From contig JAJTHE010000031.1 in assembly GCA_021298815.1 (NCBI GenBank), positions 21 to 64,020 on the forward strand: a stretch of 64,000 bases of DNA, given 5' to 3'. Origin of the DNA: Betaproteobacteria bacterium. Its GTDB lineage: Bacteria; Pseudomonadota; Gammaproteobacteria; Burkholderiales; CAIKXV01. The notes under the pieces are model-generated. The model did no database searches. It was not told the DNA's origin and was given only the letters and a program-made list of their open reading frames with translations. Below, one piece after another: positions 42,068 through 52,451 of the stretch. How positions within the stretch are numbered: the first letter of the stretch is position 1; the number at the start of each line of letters is the position of its first letter. The position numbers and the translations under genes are program-made.

Positions 42068-44125
42068 ATGATGGCGAAGACATGGATCACCGAGGTCGAG
42101 GCAGCCCGCCGCCTCGACCTCTCGCTGAACGTGCTCCGGGAGCTCGCGGAACACGGCGTCCTTCGCCCGAAGCGCACGGGTCCGCGTGCCGCCGGCGAAC
42201 CGGCATCGACCGAAGGCACCCTGTACCGCAACGAGGACATCGAGGCCTATGCGCGGGCGTTCGCCCACCGCCGCGCCGACGAGACGACGCAGGACCTGGT
42301 GGCGCAGCTGTCGCGCGCCACCGACGAACTCGAGGAGAAGCGCACCTTCCTCGCGCTGCTCACCGAACAGAAGCGGCGCACCGACAACATCCTCGACATG
42401 TCCCACGACGTGATCTGGGAGACCGACGCAGCCGGCCGCTTCACCTTCCTGAACCAGTCCGCGACCGAGCTGTTCGGCGAACCGATGAAGCGCCTGATCG
42501 GGCGCTGCTTCTTCAGCTTCGAGGCCCGCGAGCAGCGCATCGCCAACCGCCGCTTCGTGTCGCAGCTGCGCACCCACGGCGAGGTGCGCAACTTCATCAC
42601 CTCGATCGCCCTCTGCCGGCGCACCCGGTGGCTCGGCATCAACGCCAAGGCGATCTTCAATGCAGACGGCCTGATCGAGAAGATGTGCGGCACCATCCGC
42701 GACATCACCGAGCAGCAGGAGGCCGAGCAGCGGTTGCGCGAGCAGGCCAAGCACGACCCGTTGACCGGTCTGTACAACCGCTCGGCGCTGGTCGAGCGGC
42801 TCGAATCGGAACTGCGCGCCGGCCATCGCGGCGCGATGCTCACCATCGACATCGACTACTTCGAGGTGGTCAACGAAGCACTCGGCCCGCGCGAGGGCGA
42901 TGCCGTGATCCGCGCGCTGGGCGGCGTGCTCGCCGCCGAGCTGCGCGGGCCGGACAGGGCGACGCTGTACCACCTGGGTGGAGACGAATTCGCGGTGATC
43001 TGCCGCGAGACCTCGCGCAAGGCGGTGGGCGCGCTGGGCGAGCGGCTGCGCCTTGCGATCGGAAACTACGTGTATCGCAGCGACGAACCGGCCATCGGCG
43101 GCCCGGGATCCCCGGCCGCGCACTGCAGGGGCCCGGCTGACGGCGGGCAGCCGCTCGGCGGCGACGCCCGCCGCTCGGTCAACTACACGGCTTCGGCCGG
43201 CGTCGTGCTGTTCCCGTTCGACGGCGACACCCCGCTCGAGCTGATGAAGAACACGCGGGTCGCGATGTACATGGCGAAGGAAGCCGGGCGCAACCGCCTG
43301 ATGTTCTTCGACCAGCCGAACAGCAACCCGCTGCGCAGCGCGACCTCGCGCCAATCGTGGTACCAACGCATCCAGGCCGCGCTCGCCGACGACCGCCTGG
43401 AGCTCTACGCCCAGCCGGTGTGCCGCCTGGACGACGGCACCGGCGTGCACCAGGAAGTTCTGGTGCGCATGCGCGAAGGCGATCGCCTGCTGCAGCCGGC
43501 CGAATTCATCCACCATGCGGAAGAGAACGGGCTGATCAAGCTGATCGACGAACGCGTGGTGCAGAAGACGCTGTCGGTCATCCATGCCCGGCCGGGCGTG
43601 GCGCCGAAGTTCTTCGTCAACCTGTCGCGGGTCTCGATCTCCGACCAGGCATGGGTGCGCATGCTGCTCGAGACCCTGCGGCGCGCCCGGCTGGGCCTCA
43701 CCGCGCTGGTGTTCGAGATCACCGAGACGGCCGCGATGCGCGACATCGATACCGCGGTGCAGTTCATCCGCGAGGTGAAGGCGCTCGGCCACGCGTTCGC
43801 GCTCGACGACTTCGGCGCGCGCTTCTCCACCTTCGACTACCTCGAGAAGCTCGACGTCGACTACATCAAGATCGACGGCGCCTTCGCCCAGGACCTGTCG
43901 CGCCTTGCGCACCGGCGCGTGCTGGTGCGTTCGATCTGCGAGATCGCCCGCGAACTCGGCAAGCAGGTGGTCGCCGAATCGATCGAGGACCAGGCAACCT
44001 CGCGCATATTCACCGACAGCGGCGCACACTTCGGCCAGGGCTTCTTCTTCGGCCATCCCGCGCCGATCGAAGGCTCCCTGCTGCCGTCCGCGCCAGCGCT
44101 CGTCGCCGGCCGTGGCATGCACTAG
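42068..44125 (+). CDS. signalling protein: N-terminal HTH-like segment, PAS, GGDEF, EAL
   Basis: MMAKTWITEVEAARRLDLSLNVLRELAEHGVL (HTH-like); PAS (DVIWETDAAGRFTFLNQSATELFG); GGDEF (LYHLGGDEFAVIC); EAL domain (LVFEITETAAM...LDDFGARFST...IKIDGAF...VVAESIED...GQGFFFGHP). Confidence 0.85.
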   Translation: MMAKTWITEVEAARRLDLSLNVLRELAEHGVLRPKRTGPRAAGEPASTEGTLYRNEDIEAYARAFAHRRADETTQDLVAQLSRATDELEEKRTFLALLTEQKRRTDNILDMSHDVIWETDAAGRFTFLNQSATELFGEPMKRLIGRCFFSFEAREQRIANRRFVSQLRTHGEVRNFITSIALCRRTRWLGINAKAIFNADGLIEKMCGTIRDITEQQEAEQRLREQAKHDPLTGLYNRSALVERLESELRAGHRGAMLTIDIDYFEVVNEALGPREGDAVIRALGGVLAAELRGPDRATLYHLGGDEFAVICRETSRKAVGALGERLRLAIGNYVYRSDEPAIGGPGSPAAHCRGPADGGQPLGGDARRSVNYTASAGVVLFPFDGDTPLELMKNTRVAMYMAKEAGRNRLMFFDQPNSNPLRSATSRQSWYQRIQAALADDRLELYAQPVCRLDDGTGVHQEVLVRMREGDRLLQPAEFIHHAEENGLIKLIDERVVQKTLSVIHARPGVAPKFFVNLSRVSISDQAWVRMLLETLRRARLGLTALVFEITETAAMRDIDTAVQFIREVKALGHAFALDDFGARFSTFDYLEKLDVDYIKIDGAFAQDLSRLAHRRVLVRSICEIARELGKQVVAESIEDQATSRIFTDSGAHFGQGFFFGHPAPIEGSLLPSAPALVAGRGMH

Positions 44126-44171
44126 CAGTTGCCGGCAGTCGCCAGCGGTCGCGGGCGGCCGGGGAACTGGC

Positions 44172-44753
44172 CTACCAGCCCCGGCCGGTGCGGCCGCGCC
44201 GGCGCGCGAGCCAGTAGGCGCCGAGGAGGGTCTTGGTCTCGGTCTGCTCGCCGCTGTCGGCCTGCCGGAGCAGCTCTTCCAGCGGCAGAACCACCGACGA
44301 CAGGAACTCGCCATCCTCCCCCGGATGGCCGACATGGACCAGGCCGGTCGCCAGGTAGTAGTCGATGCGTTCGTCGGCATAGCCGACGCAGGGATGCACG
44401 GTGAACGCGAATTCGAGGCTCCCGGCACGGTAGCCGGTCTCCTCGAGCAGTTCGCGTTCGGCGGTCGTGCGGGTCGATTCTCCCGCGTCGATCTTGCCTG
44501 CCGGGAACTCCAGCGTCTCGCGTCCGACCGGATACCGGTACTGGCGCACGAGCACCACCTGTCCGTCGTCCAGCACCGGCAGGATGATCGCCGCGCCGGG
44601 ATGCAGGATGTATTCGCGCAGCGCCTCGCGCCCGTCCGGCAGGCGCACCCGGTCGCGGCGCACCTTCAGCAACTCACCGTCGAACACCGCGGTAGAGTCG
44701 ATGCGGCGTTCGCGGAACTCGTCCATCCCGTCGTCGCTCATGCGGTCGGCCAT
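44172..44753 (-). CDS. Nudix hydrolase, ADP-ribose pyrophosphatase-like
   Basis: 193 aa: LVRQYRYPVGRETLEFPAGKIDAGESTRTTAERELLEETGY (Nudix box GX5EX7REUXEEXGU). Confidence 0.85.
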   Translation of the reverse strand: MADRMSDDGMDEFRERRIDSTAVFDGELLKVRRDRVRLPDGREALREYILHPGAAIILPVLDDGQVVLVRQYRYPVGRETLEFPAGKIDAGESTRTTAERELLEETGYRAGSLEFAFTVHPCVGYADERIDYYLATGLVHVGHPGEDGEFLSSVVLPLEELLRQADSGEQTETKTLLGAYWLARRRGRTGRGW

Positions 44754-44766
44754 CCGGTCTCCGCGG

Positions 44767-46212
44767 CTACAGCGAGCGCTGGATCGCCAGCAGGCACCAG
44801 GCCATCAGCGGCTGCGGCATCAGGCCGAGCGCAAGGACGGCGAGCCCGTTGACCGACATCAGCACCCGCGCATCCGCGGTCGCCGACAGCGGCGTGGTAT
44901 CCACCGGCTCGTCGAAGTACATCAGCTTGACGATGCGCAGGTAGTAGAACGCCCCCACCAGCGACATCATCACCGCGAACACCGCCAGCCAGACAAGGCC
45001 GATGTCCACCACCGCCGCGAGCACGGTCAGCTTCGCGTAGAAGCCCACCATGGGCGGCAGCCCCGCCATCGAGAACATCAGCAGCAGCATGATGAAGGCC
45101 TGCCACGGCGCGCGGCGGGCGAGGCCCCGGTAGTCGTCGAGCCGGTCGGCCTCGAAGCCGGCGCGGGCCAGCATCAGGATCATCCCGAAGGTGCCGAGGT
45201 TCATCAGCACGTAGGCCGCCACGTAGAACATCGCGGCGGCGAAGCCGAACGCGTTGCCCGCGAGGAAACCGAGCAGCAGGAAGCCCATGTGCGAGATGCT
45301 CGAGTAGGCGAGCATCCGCTTCAGGTTGGTCTGGGCGATCGCGGCCACGTTGCCGAGCACCAGCGACAGCACCGCCATCACGACCAGCATGCTTCGCCAG
45401 TCCGCGACCAGCCCGCCGAGCGCCTCGCCCAGGATGCGCATGAAGAAGGCGAAGGCGGCGAGCTTCGGCGCCGAACTGATCAGCAGCGTCACCGCGGTCG
45501 GGGCGCCGTGGTAGACGTCAGGGACCCACATGTGGAACGGCACCACGCCCAGCTTGAAGCCGAGGCCCGCCACGATGAACACCAGGCCGAACACCAGCAC
45601 GGTGCGATTGCCCTCGCCGCGCGCGATCATCGCCGCGATGTCGCCCACCTGCAGCGTGCCGGTCGCGCCATAGACCATCGACATCCCGTACAGCAGCATG
45701 CCGGAGGCCAGCGCGCCAAGGATGAAGTACTTCATCGCGGCCTCGGTGGCCACCGCCGAGTCGCGCTGCAGCGCGATCATCGCGTACAGCGACAGCGACA
45801 GCAGCTCGAGCCCGAGGTAGAGCGTGATGAAGTGGTTCGCCGAGACCATCACCATCATGCCGAGCACCGAGAACAGCGTCAGCGTGAAGAACTCGCCGCG
45901 GTACATGCCGCGGTCCTCGAGGTAGCGGCGGGAATAGACCAGCAGCACCGACACCGCGAGCACGATCATCAGCTTCAGCGCATCGGCCAGCGGGTCGTCG
46001 ATGAACATCACGCTGAACGTGTAGGCGGTGCCCGACGTGGCCGTCGCCAGCAGGATCATCGCGCAGCCGGCCAGCACCAGCTGGGTCAGCACCTGGGTGA
46101 TCCAGCGACGCTCGTCGCGCACGAACAGGTCGATCAGCAGCACCGCGCAGGCCGCTGCCAGCAGGAACAGCTCGGTCGCCGCCGGGGCGAAGTCGGGAAG
46201 CGGGATATTCAT
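44767..46212 (-). CDS. nuoN: NADH-quinone oxidoreductase subunit N
   Basis: 481 aa; polytopic antiporter-like subunit; last gene of the nuo operon by position. Confidence 0.9.
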   Translation of the reverse strand: MNIPLPDFAPAATELFLLAAACAVLLIDLFVRDERRWITQVLTQLVLAGCAMILLATATSGTAYTFSVMFIDDPLADALKLMIVLAVSVLLVYSRRYLEDRGMYRGEFFTLTLFSVLGMMVMVSANHFITLYLGLELLSLSLYAMIALQRDSAVATEAAMKYFILGALASGMLLYGMSMVYGATGTLQVGDIAAMIARGEGNRTVLVFGLVFIVAGLGFKLGVVPFHMWVPDVYHGAPTAVTLLISSAPKLAAFAFFMRILGEALGGLVADWRSMLVVMAVLSLVLGNVAAIAQTNLKRMLAYSSISHMGFLLLGFLAGNAFGFAAAMFYVAAYVLMNLGTFGMILMLARAGFEADRLDDYRGLARRAPWQAFIMLLLMFSMAGLPPMVGFYAKLTVLAAVVDIGLVWLAVFAVMMSLVGAFYYLRIVKLMYFDEPVDTTPLSATADARVLMSVNGLAVLALGLMPQPLMAWCLLAIQRSL

Positions 46213-46213
46213 G

Positions 46214-47698
46214 TCAGCGGGCCGGCAGTTTGCTCTGGCCCACGTGGGTGACCAGATCGTTGACCGAGGTATGCAGCACTTCGGTGAAGGGCAGCGGCCA
46301 GATGCCCATGCCGAGCACGGCGACCGCCAGCAGGCCGAGCACGAGCGCTTCGCGGCCGGAGAGATCCTTCAGCCCGGCGACGGCGGCATTGGCGACCTCG
46401 CCGAACACCACCCGGCGGTACATCCAGAGCGTGTAGGCGGCGCCGAAGATCAGCGTGGTCGAGGCGAGCACTGCGTACCAGAAGCTGACCTCGATCGCGG
46501 CCATGATCACCATGAACTCGCCGACGAAGCCGCTGGTGCCGGGCAGGCCGGCATTGGCCATCGCGAACAGCATGAAGAAGGCCGCGAACACCGGCATCGT
46601 GTTGGCCACGCCGCCATAGTCGGCGATCGCCCGGCTGTGCACCCGGTCGTACAGGACGCCGACGCAGAGGAACATGGCCGCCGAGATGAAGCCGTGGGAG
46701 ATCATCTGCACGATCGCCCCCTCGATGCCCAGCGCGTTGAACAGGAACAGCCCGAGGGTGACGAAGCCCATGTGCGCGATCGAGGAATAGGCGATCAGCT
46801 TCTTCATGTCGGTCTGCACCAGCGCGACCAGGCCGATGTAGACCACCGCCACCAGCGACAGGGCGATCACGATACCGGCGAGCGCCTGGCTCGCATCGGG
46901 CAGGATCGGCAGCGAGAAGCGCAGGAAGCCGTAGCCGCCCAGCTTCAGCATGATCGCGGCCAGCACCACCGAACCGCCGGTGGGCGCCTCGACGTGCGCG
47001 TCCGGAAGCCAGGTATGCACCGGCCACATCGGGATCTTCACCGCGAAGGCGAGGAAGAAGGCGATGAAGATCAGCACCTGGGCCTCGAACGCGATCGGCA
47101 GGCGGTACCACTCGGACAGCGCGAAGCTGCCGTCGGACAGCAGGAACAGGTAGATGAGCGCCACCAGCATCAGCAGCGAGCCCATCAGCGTGTACAGGAA
47201 GAACTTGACCGAGGCATACACCCGGTTCGGGCCGCCCCATATGCCGATCACGATGAACATCGGGATCAGGGTGGCCTCGAAGAAGAAGTAGAACAGCAGC
47301 GCATCCATCGCGCAGAACACGCCGTTCATCAGCCCCGACAGGATCAGGAACGCGGCCATGTACTGGGCGACGCGGTTGTCGATCACCTTCCAGCCGGCGA
47401 TCACCACCAGCACGGTGGTGAAGCTGTTGAGCAGGATCAGCAGCAGCGAGATGCCGTCGATGCCCAGGTGGTAGTTGATGTTGAACGCTGGCACCCAGGG
47501 CAGGAACTCGACGAACTGCAGGCCGGGCTGCTGCGGGTCGAACCCGAACCAGAGCGGCAGCGTGACCGCGAAGCCAGCCAGCGCGCCGGCCAGGGCGAGT
47601 ATCCGCGCCAGCCCGGCATTGCGGTCGGAGCCGGTGGCCAGCACGAGCAGCGCGCTGGCGATGGGCACCCAGATGGCCAGTGTCAGCAGCGGAGTCAT
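46214..47698 (-). CDS. nuoM: NADH-quinone oxidoreductase subunit M
   Basis: 494 aa. ...[39 protein letters not shown]... is the typical NuoM/ND4 motif. Confidence 0.9.
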   Translation of the reverse strand: MTPLLTLAIWVPIASALLVLATGSDRNAGLARILALAGALAGFAVTLPLWFGFDPQQPGLQFVEFLPWVPAFNINYHLGIDGISLLLILLNSFTTVLVVIAGWKVIDNRVAQYMAAFLILSGLMNGVFCAMDALLFYFFFEATLIPMFIVIGIWGGPNRVYASVKFFLYTLMGSLLMLVALIYLFLLSDGSFALSEWYRLPIAFEAQVLIFIAFFLAFAVKIPMWPVHTWLPDAHVEAPTGGSVVLAAIMLKLGGYGFLRFSLPILPDASQALAGIVIALSLVAVVYIGLVALVQTDMKKLIAYSSIAHMGFVTLGLFLFNALGIEGAIVQMISHGFISAAMFLCVGVLYDRVHSRAIADYGGVANTMPVFAAFFMLFAMANAGLPGTSGFVGEFMVIMAAIEVSFWYAVLASTTLIFGAAYTLWMYRRVVFGEVANAAVAGLKDLSGREALVLGLLAVAVLGMGIWPLPFTEVLHTSVNDLVTHVGQSKLPAR

Positions 47699-47721
47699 TT
47701 TCGATTCGTCATTTTCGATTC
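47694..47721. repeat. perfect 14-bp tandem duplication (gtcattttcgattc x2) covering the nuoM start codon
   Basis: Copies at 47694-47707 and 47708-47721. On the minus strand this reads GAATCGAAAATGAC twice, giving two ATGs at 47712 and 47698. Confidence 0.95.
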
Positions 47722-47728
47722 GTGTGGT

Positions 47729-49747
47729 TCAGGACACCGCGCGCGTGCGCACCAGCCAGAGCACCAGCAGGCCGAGCACGCCGATCAGCATCGTGAATGC
47801 GTAGGTGTAGAGGTAGCCCGACTGCAGCTGGCGCGACAGCCGCGCGACCTGCCCGACCACCCAGGCCGAGCCGTTGACCATCACCCCGTCGATCAGCTTC
47901 ACGTCACCGACCTTCCACAGGAAGGTGCCGAGCGAGCGCAGCCCGTCGCGGAACAGGAAGGCATAGATCTCGTCGATGTAGTACTTGTTGAGCAGCAGCG
48001 CGTGCAGGCCCTTCATGCGGGCCGCGATGGCCTCCGGCAGGTCGGGCCGCTTCAGGTAGAGGTACCAGGCCAGCACCACGCCGGCCAGCGCCAGCCAGAA
48101 CGGGGCGGTGACGAACCCGTGCAGCGCCATCTCGAGCGGACCGTGCAGGTGGCCCTTCAGGTGCTCCATCGCGCCATGGGCGCCGTCGACGAAGATCGGG
48201 CCGGCGAACCAGTCGCCGAGCACCATCGGCGACAGCGCCAGGTAGCCGATCGCCACCGAGGGGATCGCCAGAAGCACCAGCGGCAGCGTCACCACCCACG
48301 GCGACTCGTGTGGCCTGGCGTCGTGTCCGTGGCCGTGGTCGTCCGCATGCGAATGGTCGTCGTGGGGATCGTGCGGCTTCAGGTGGTAGCGCTCCGGCCC
48401 GTGGAACACCAGGAAGTACATCCGGAACGAGTAGAAGGCGGTGATGAACACGCCGGCGGTGACCGCGAACGCGGCGAAGCCCGCCCCCGCGATGTCCGCC
48501 TGCCCGACCGCGACGATGATCGAATCCTTGGAATAGAAGCCGGACAGGAACGGCGTGCCGATCAGCGCCAGCGAGCCGACCAGCGACGTCAGCCAGGTGA
48601 TGGGCATGTACTTGCGCACCCCGCCCATCCAGCGGATGTCCTGGTTGTGGTGCATGCCGATGATCACCGAGCCGGCCGCGAGGAACAGCAGTGCCTTGAA
48701 GAAGGCGTGCGTCATCAGGTGGAAGATCGCGACCGAGTAGGCCGAGGCGCCCAGCGCCACGGTCATGTAGCCGAGCTGCGACAGCGTCGAATAGGCGACC
48801 ACCCGCTTGATGTCGTTCTGCACGATGCCCAGCAGGCCCATGAACAGCGCGGTGATCGCGCCGGTGACCAGCACGAAGGACAGCGCGGTGTCGGACAGCT
48901 CGAACAGCGGCGACATGCGCGCGACCATGAAGATGCCGGCGGTGACCATCGTCGCGGCGTGGATCAGCGCCGAGATCGGCGTCGGGCCTTCCATGGAATC
49001 GGGCAGCCAGACATGCAGCGGGAACTGGGCCGACTTGCCCATCGCGCCGATGAACAGCAGGATGCAGGTGACGGTCACCAGCGACCAGCTCGCGCCGGGG
49101 AAAACCTCGATTCGCGCATCGACCATGGTCGGCGCCCGCTCGAACACCTGCTGGTAGTCGAGCGTGCCGAAGAACGCGAGCACCAGGCCGATCCCCAGCA
49201 GGAAGCCGAAGTCGCCGACCCGGTTGACCAGGAAAGCCTTCAGGTTGGCGTAAGTCGCCGTCGGGCGCTTGTACCAGAAGCCGATCAGCAGGTAGGACAC
49301 CAGCCCGACAGCCTCCCAGCCGAAGAACAGCTGCAGGAAGTTGTTGCTCATCACCAGCATGAGCATCGAGAAGGTGAACAGCGAGATGTACGAGAAGAAT
49401 CGCTGGTAGCCCGGGTCGTCCTTCATGTAGCCGATGGTGTAGATGTGCACCATCAGGGACACCGAGGTCACCACCAGCATCATGGTGGCCGTCAGGCTGT
49501 CGATCAGGAAGCCGATCTCGAGGCGGATGTCGCCCGAGGTGAGCCAGGTATAGACCGTGCCGTTGAACGTGTTGCCGTCCATCACGTCCAGGAACACGCA
49601 GATCGAGGCGGCGAGCGAAACCGCGACCCCGGCGATGGTGACCACGTGCGCCCCGGTGCGCCCGACCTGGCGCCCGAACAGGCCGGCCACCAGCGCGCCG
49701 AACAGCGGGGCGAGGGGAACCAGCAGGTAAACCGTCTGCATCGTCAT
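47729..49747 (-). CDS. nuoL: NADH-quinone oxidoreductase subunit L
   Basis: 672 aa. ...GWEAVGLVSYLLIGFWY...SAQFPLHVWLPDSMEGPTPISALIHAATMVTAG... is the typical NuoL/ND5 pattern. Confidence 0.9.
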   Translation of the reverse strand: MTMQTVYLLVPLAPLFGALVAGLFGRQVGRTGAHVVTIAGVAVSLAASICVFLDVMDGNTFNGTVYTWLTSGDIRLEIGFLIDSLTATMMLVVTSVSLMVHIYTIGYMKDDPGYQRFFSYISLFTFSMLMLVMSNNFLQLFFGWEAVGLVSYLLIGFWYKRPTATYANLKAFLVNRVGDFGFLLGIGLVLAFFGTLDYQQVFERAPTMVDARIEVFPGASWSLVTVTCILLFIGAMGKSAQFPLHVWLPDSMEGPTPISALIHAATMVTAGIFMVARMSPLFELSDTALSFVLVTGAITALFMGLLGIVQNDIKRVVAYSTLSQLGYMTVALGASAYSVAIFHLMTHAFFKALLFLAAGSVIIGMHHNQDIRWMGGVRKYMPITWLTSLVGSLALIGTPFLSGFYSKDSIIVAVGQADIAGAGFAAFAVTAGVFITAFYSFRMYFLVFHGPERYHLKPHDPHDDHSHADDHGHGHDARPHESPWVVTLPLVLLAIPSVAIGYLALSPMVLGDWFAGPIFVDGAHGAMEHLKGHLHGPLEMALHGFVTAPFWLALAGVVLAWYLYLKRPDLPEAIAARMKGLHALLLNKYYIDEIYAFLFRDGLRSLGTFLWKVGDVKLIDGVMVNGSAWVVGQVARLSRQLQSGYLYTYAFTMLIGVLGLLVLWLVRTRAVS

Positions 49748-49757
49748 CGCGGCGCCC

Positions 49758-50063
49758 TCACCCTTTCAGCGCGTCGAGGTCGTCGACATGGATGGTGCGC
49801 AGGTTGCGGAACAGCGCGACCAGGATCGCCAGGCCGATCGCCGACTCGGCCGCGGCGACGGTCAGGATGAAGAACACGAACACCTGGCCCGCGATGTCCT
49901 GCAGGAAATAGCTGAAGGCGATGAAGTTGAGGTTCACCGCGAGCAGGTTCAGCTCGATCGCCATCAGCAGGATGATCACGTTCTTCCTGTTGAGGAAGAT
50001 GCCGAGCACGCTGATCGCAAACAGGATCGCGCCCAGAATCAGGTAGTACGACAGCGGCACCAA
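49758..50063 (-). CDS. nuoK: NADH-quinone oxidoreductase subunit K
   Basis: (L)[46 protein letters not shown]...[16 protein letters not shown] start 8 nt after AAGGGAG; the GTG at 50060 is an alternative. Confidence 0.85.
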   Translation of the reverse strand: MVPLSYYLILGAILFAISVLGIFLNRKNVIILLMAIELNLLAVNLNFIAFSYFLQDIAGQVFVFFILTVAAAESAIGLAILVALFRNLRTIHVDDLDALKG

Positions 50064-50136
50064 CGGCTTGGCTCCCTTTTTTCTTGCTTCTTCCTGGTGT
50101 CGGTCCTGCGCCGGCCCGCACGGGCGGCGGCGCGGG

Positions 50137-50799
50137 TCATTTCGGCTGTTGCGGCGCCTGTTGCGGTGGCTCGGGTTCCGGCGCGGGCGCGGACACGCCC
50201 TTCTTCTCGGACGGCATCGACACCAGCCGCACGCGGCCCTCGCGGGTCGCGGCGACCTGCACCGCGGGATCGATGCTGCGCGTGTTCTTGCGCGCACGCA
50301 GGGTGAGCGCGATCGCGGCGATGATCGCGACCAGCAGGATCACCGCCGCGAGCTCGAACGGATACAGGTATTCGGTGTACAGCACCATGCCGATCGCACG
50401 GGTGTTGCTGTAGCCCTCGGCGACCTCGGGCGGCGGCGGCCGCATCTCCAGGCCGAAGTACGGGCCCATCAGCGTCGCGCCCATGATCCCGAGCAGCAGC
50501 ACGGCCACCGGCAGCGCGATCGGCAGGATGTTCCAGAAGCCCTCGCGCAGCCGGTCGACGTTGATGTCCAGCATCATGATCACGAACAGGAACAGCACCA
50601 TCACCGCGCCCACGTAGACGAGGATCAGGGTGATCGCGAGGAACTCGGCATGCAGCAGCAGCCACAGGCCGGCGGCCGAGGCGAACGCCAGCACCAGGAA
50701 CAGCGCGGCATGCACCGGGTTGCGCGCGGTGATCACGCGCAGTGCGGACAGCACCAGCACCGTCGCCAGCACGAAGAACACGATCGACGGGAAGTTCAT
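50137..50799 (-). CDS. nuoJ: NADH-quinone oxidoreductase subunit J
   Basis: 220 aa. ...[52 protein letters not shown]... Confidence 0.9.
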   Translation of the reverse strand: MNFPSIVFFVLATVLVLSALRVITARNPVHAALFLVLAFASAAGLWLLLHAEFLAITLILVYVGAVMVLFLFVIMMLDINVDRLREGFWNILPIALPVAVLLLGIMGATLMGPYFGLEMRPPPPEVAEGYSNTRAIGMVLYTEYLYPFELAAVILLVAIIAAIALTLRARKNTRSIDPAVQVAATREGRVRLVSMPSEKKGVSAPAPEPEPPQQAPQQPK

Positions 50800-50835
50800 C
50801 GGGCCGCCCTCGCCGGCACTTGGCCGGCCGCCATG

Positions 50836-51327
50836 TCAACGGTAGTTCGCATCGGCCATCCTGTCGCGCGCGATCTGGTCTTCACAGCGGTCGCCGATCG
50901 CCAGCAGCATTTCCTTGGTGTAGACGAGGTCGCCACGGCGCTCGCCGTGGTACTCGAGCGTGCGCGTCTCGACGATCGAATCCACCGGGCAGGACTCCTC
51001 GCACAGGCCGCAGAAGATGCACTTGGTGAGGTCGATGTCGTAGCGGGTCGTGCGCCGGGTACCGTCGTCGCGCACCTCGGACTCGATGGTGATCGCCATC
51101 GCCGGGCAGACCGCCTCGCACAGCTTGCAGGCGATGCAGCGTTCCTCGCCGTTCGGGTAGCGGCGCAGCGCATGCAGGCCGCGGAAGCGCGGGCTCTGCG
51201 GCGTCTTCTCCTCCGGGTACTGCACGGTGATCTTGCGTGCGAACAGGTTGCGCCCGGTCAGCATCATCCCGCGAAGCAGTTCGAGCAGCAGGAAGGAACG
51301 GAAGAAGCTCTGGATGCGGTTGATCAT
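50836..51327 (-). CDS. nuoI: NADH-quinone oxidoreductase subunit I
   Basis: 163 aa with two 4Fe-4S ferredoxin motifs, [12 protein letters not shown] and [12 protein letters not shown]. Confidence 0.95.
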   Translation of the reverse strand: MINRIQSFFRSFLLLELLRGMMLTGRNLFARKITVQYPEEKTPQSPRFRGLHALRRYPNGEERCIACKLCEAVCPAMAITIESEVRDDGTRRTTRYDIDLTKCIFCGLCEESCPVDSIVETRTLEYHGERRGDLVYTKEMLLAIGDRCEDQIARDRMADANYR

Positions 51328-51352
51328 CGGGTGTCTCCGCGCGTCTCCATGC

Positions 51353-52441
51353 TCAGAACCACCAGTTGAAGGGGGGCCAGGTGCGCACCGGTTCCATCAT
51401 CGCCACGCCAACGACCATGATCCACACCAGGGTCAGCGGGATGAACACCTTCCAGCCCAGGCGCATGATCTGGTCGTATCGGTAGCGCGGGAAGGTGGCC
51501 CGCAGCCAGAGGAAGCAGAACAGCACGAACGCGATCTTGATGAACAGCCAGTGCGCGCCGGGCGCGAACAGCAGCCCGACCACCGGGATCGCGGCGAGCG
51601 AATCGACCTGCACCGGTGGCAGCCAGCCGCCGAGGAACATCAGCGCGGCCAGCGCCGAGATCAGGATCATGTTCGCGTATTCGGCAAGGAAGAACACGGC
51701 GAACGCGGTGCCCGAGTATTCGACATGGAAGCCGGCGACGATCTCGGACTCGCCCTCGGCGACGTCGAACGGCGCCCGGTTGGTCTCGGCTACGCCGGCG
51801 ATGAAGTAGACCAGGAACAGCGGGAACAGCGGCAGCAGGTTCCAGCTCCAGAAGCCGCCCCCGGTCTGCGCACGCACGATCTCGCCCAGGTTCAGGCTGC
51901 CCGACACCATCAGCACGCCGACCAGCGCGAAGCCCATCGCGATCTCGTAGGACACGATCTGCGCCGCCGAGCGCATCGCGCCGAGGAAGGCGTACTTCGA
52001 GTTCGACGCCCAGCCGGCGACGATCACCCCGTAGACGCCCATCGAGGTCAGCGCCAGCACGTAGAGCAGGCTGGCGTCGATGTCGGCGAGCACCGTCTCC
52101 GGCCCGAACGGCAGCACCGCCCATGCGGCCAGCGCCGGCATGATGGACAGCGTGGGCGCGATCAGGAACAGGAACCGGTTCGACCCGGTCGGGACGATGA
52201 TCTCCTTGAAGATCAGCTTGAACACGTCGGCGAACGGCTGCGCGAGGCCGGCCGTCCAGCCCATGCCGAAGGCCATCACCCGGTTCGGGCCGATGCGCAG
52301 CTGCATGTAGCCGATCACCTTGCGCTCGGCCAGCGTGAGGAAGGCGACGCAGATCGTGATCGGCAGCACGATCGCCAGGATCTTCACCAGGGTCCAGACC
52401 ACTGGCCAGGCGGGGCCGAGGAGGTTCTCGAAGAATTCCAT
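51353..52441 (-). CDS. nuoH: NADH-quinone oxidoreductase subunit H
   Basis: 362 aa. ...[17 protein letters not shown]...[23 protein letters not shown]... Confidence 0.95.
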   Translation of the reverse strand: MEFFENLLGPAWPVVWTLVKILAIVLPITICVAFLTLAERKVIGYMQLRIGPNRVMAFGMGWTAGLAQPFADVFKLIFKEIIVPTGSNRFLFLIAPTLSIMPALAAWAVLPFGPETVLADIDASLLYVLALTSMGVYGVIVAGWASNSKYAFLGAMRSAAQIVSYEIAMGFALVGVLMVSGSLNLGEIVRAQTGGGFWSWNLLPLFPLFLVYFIAGVAETNRAPFDVAEGESEIVAGFHVEYSGTAFAVFFLAEYANMILISALAALMFLGGWLPPVQVDSLAAIPVVGLLFAPGAHWLFIKIAFVLFCFLWLRATFPRYRYDQIMRLGWKVFIPLTLVWIMVVGVAMMEPVRTWPPFNWWF

Positions 52442-52451
52442 CGCGGCCTCC

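Noticed and set aside
46028-49870. 1280-aa plus-strand ORF antisense to nuoN, nuoM and nuoL
   Set aside because: Same reasoning: R/H/Q/D/E-rich nonsense translation opposite three unambiguous nuo genes.
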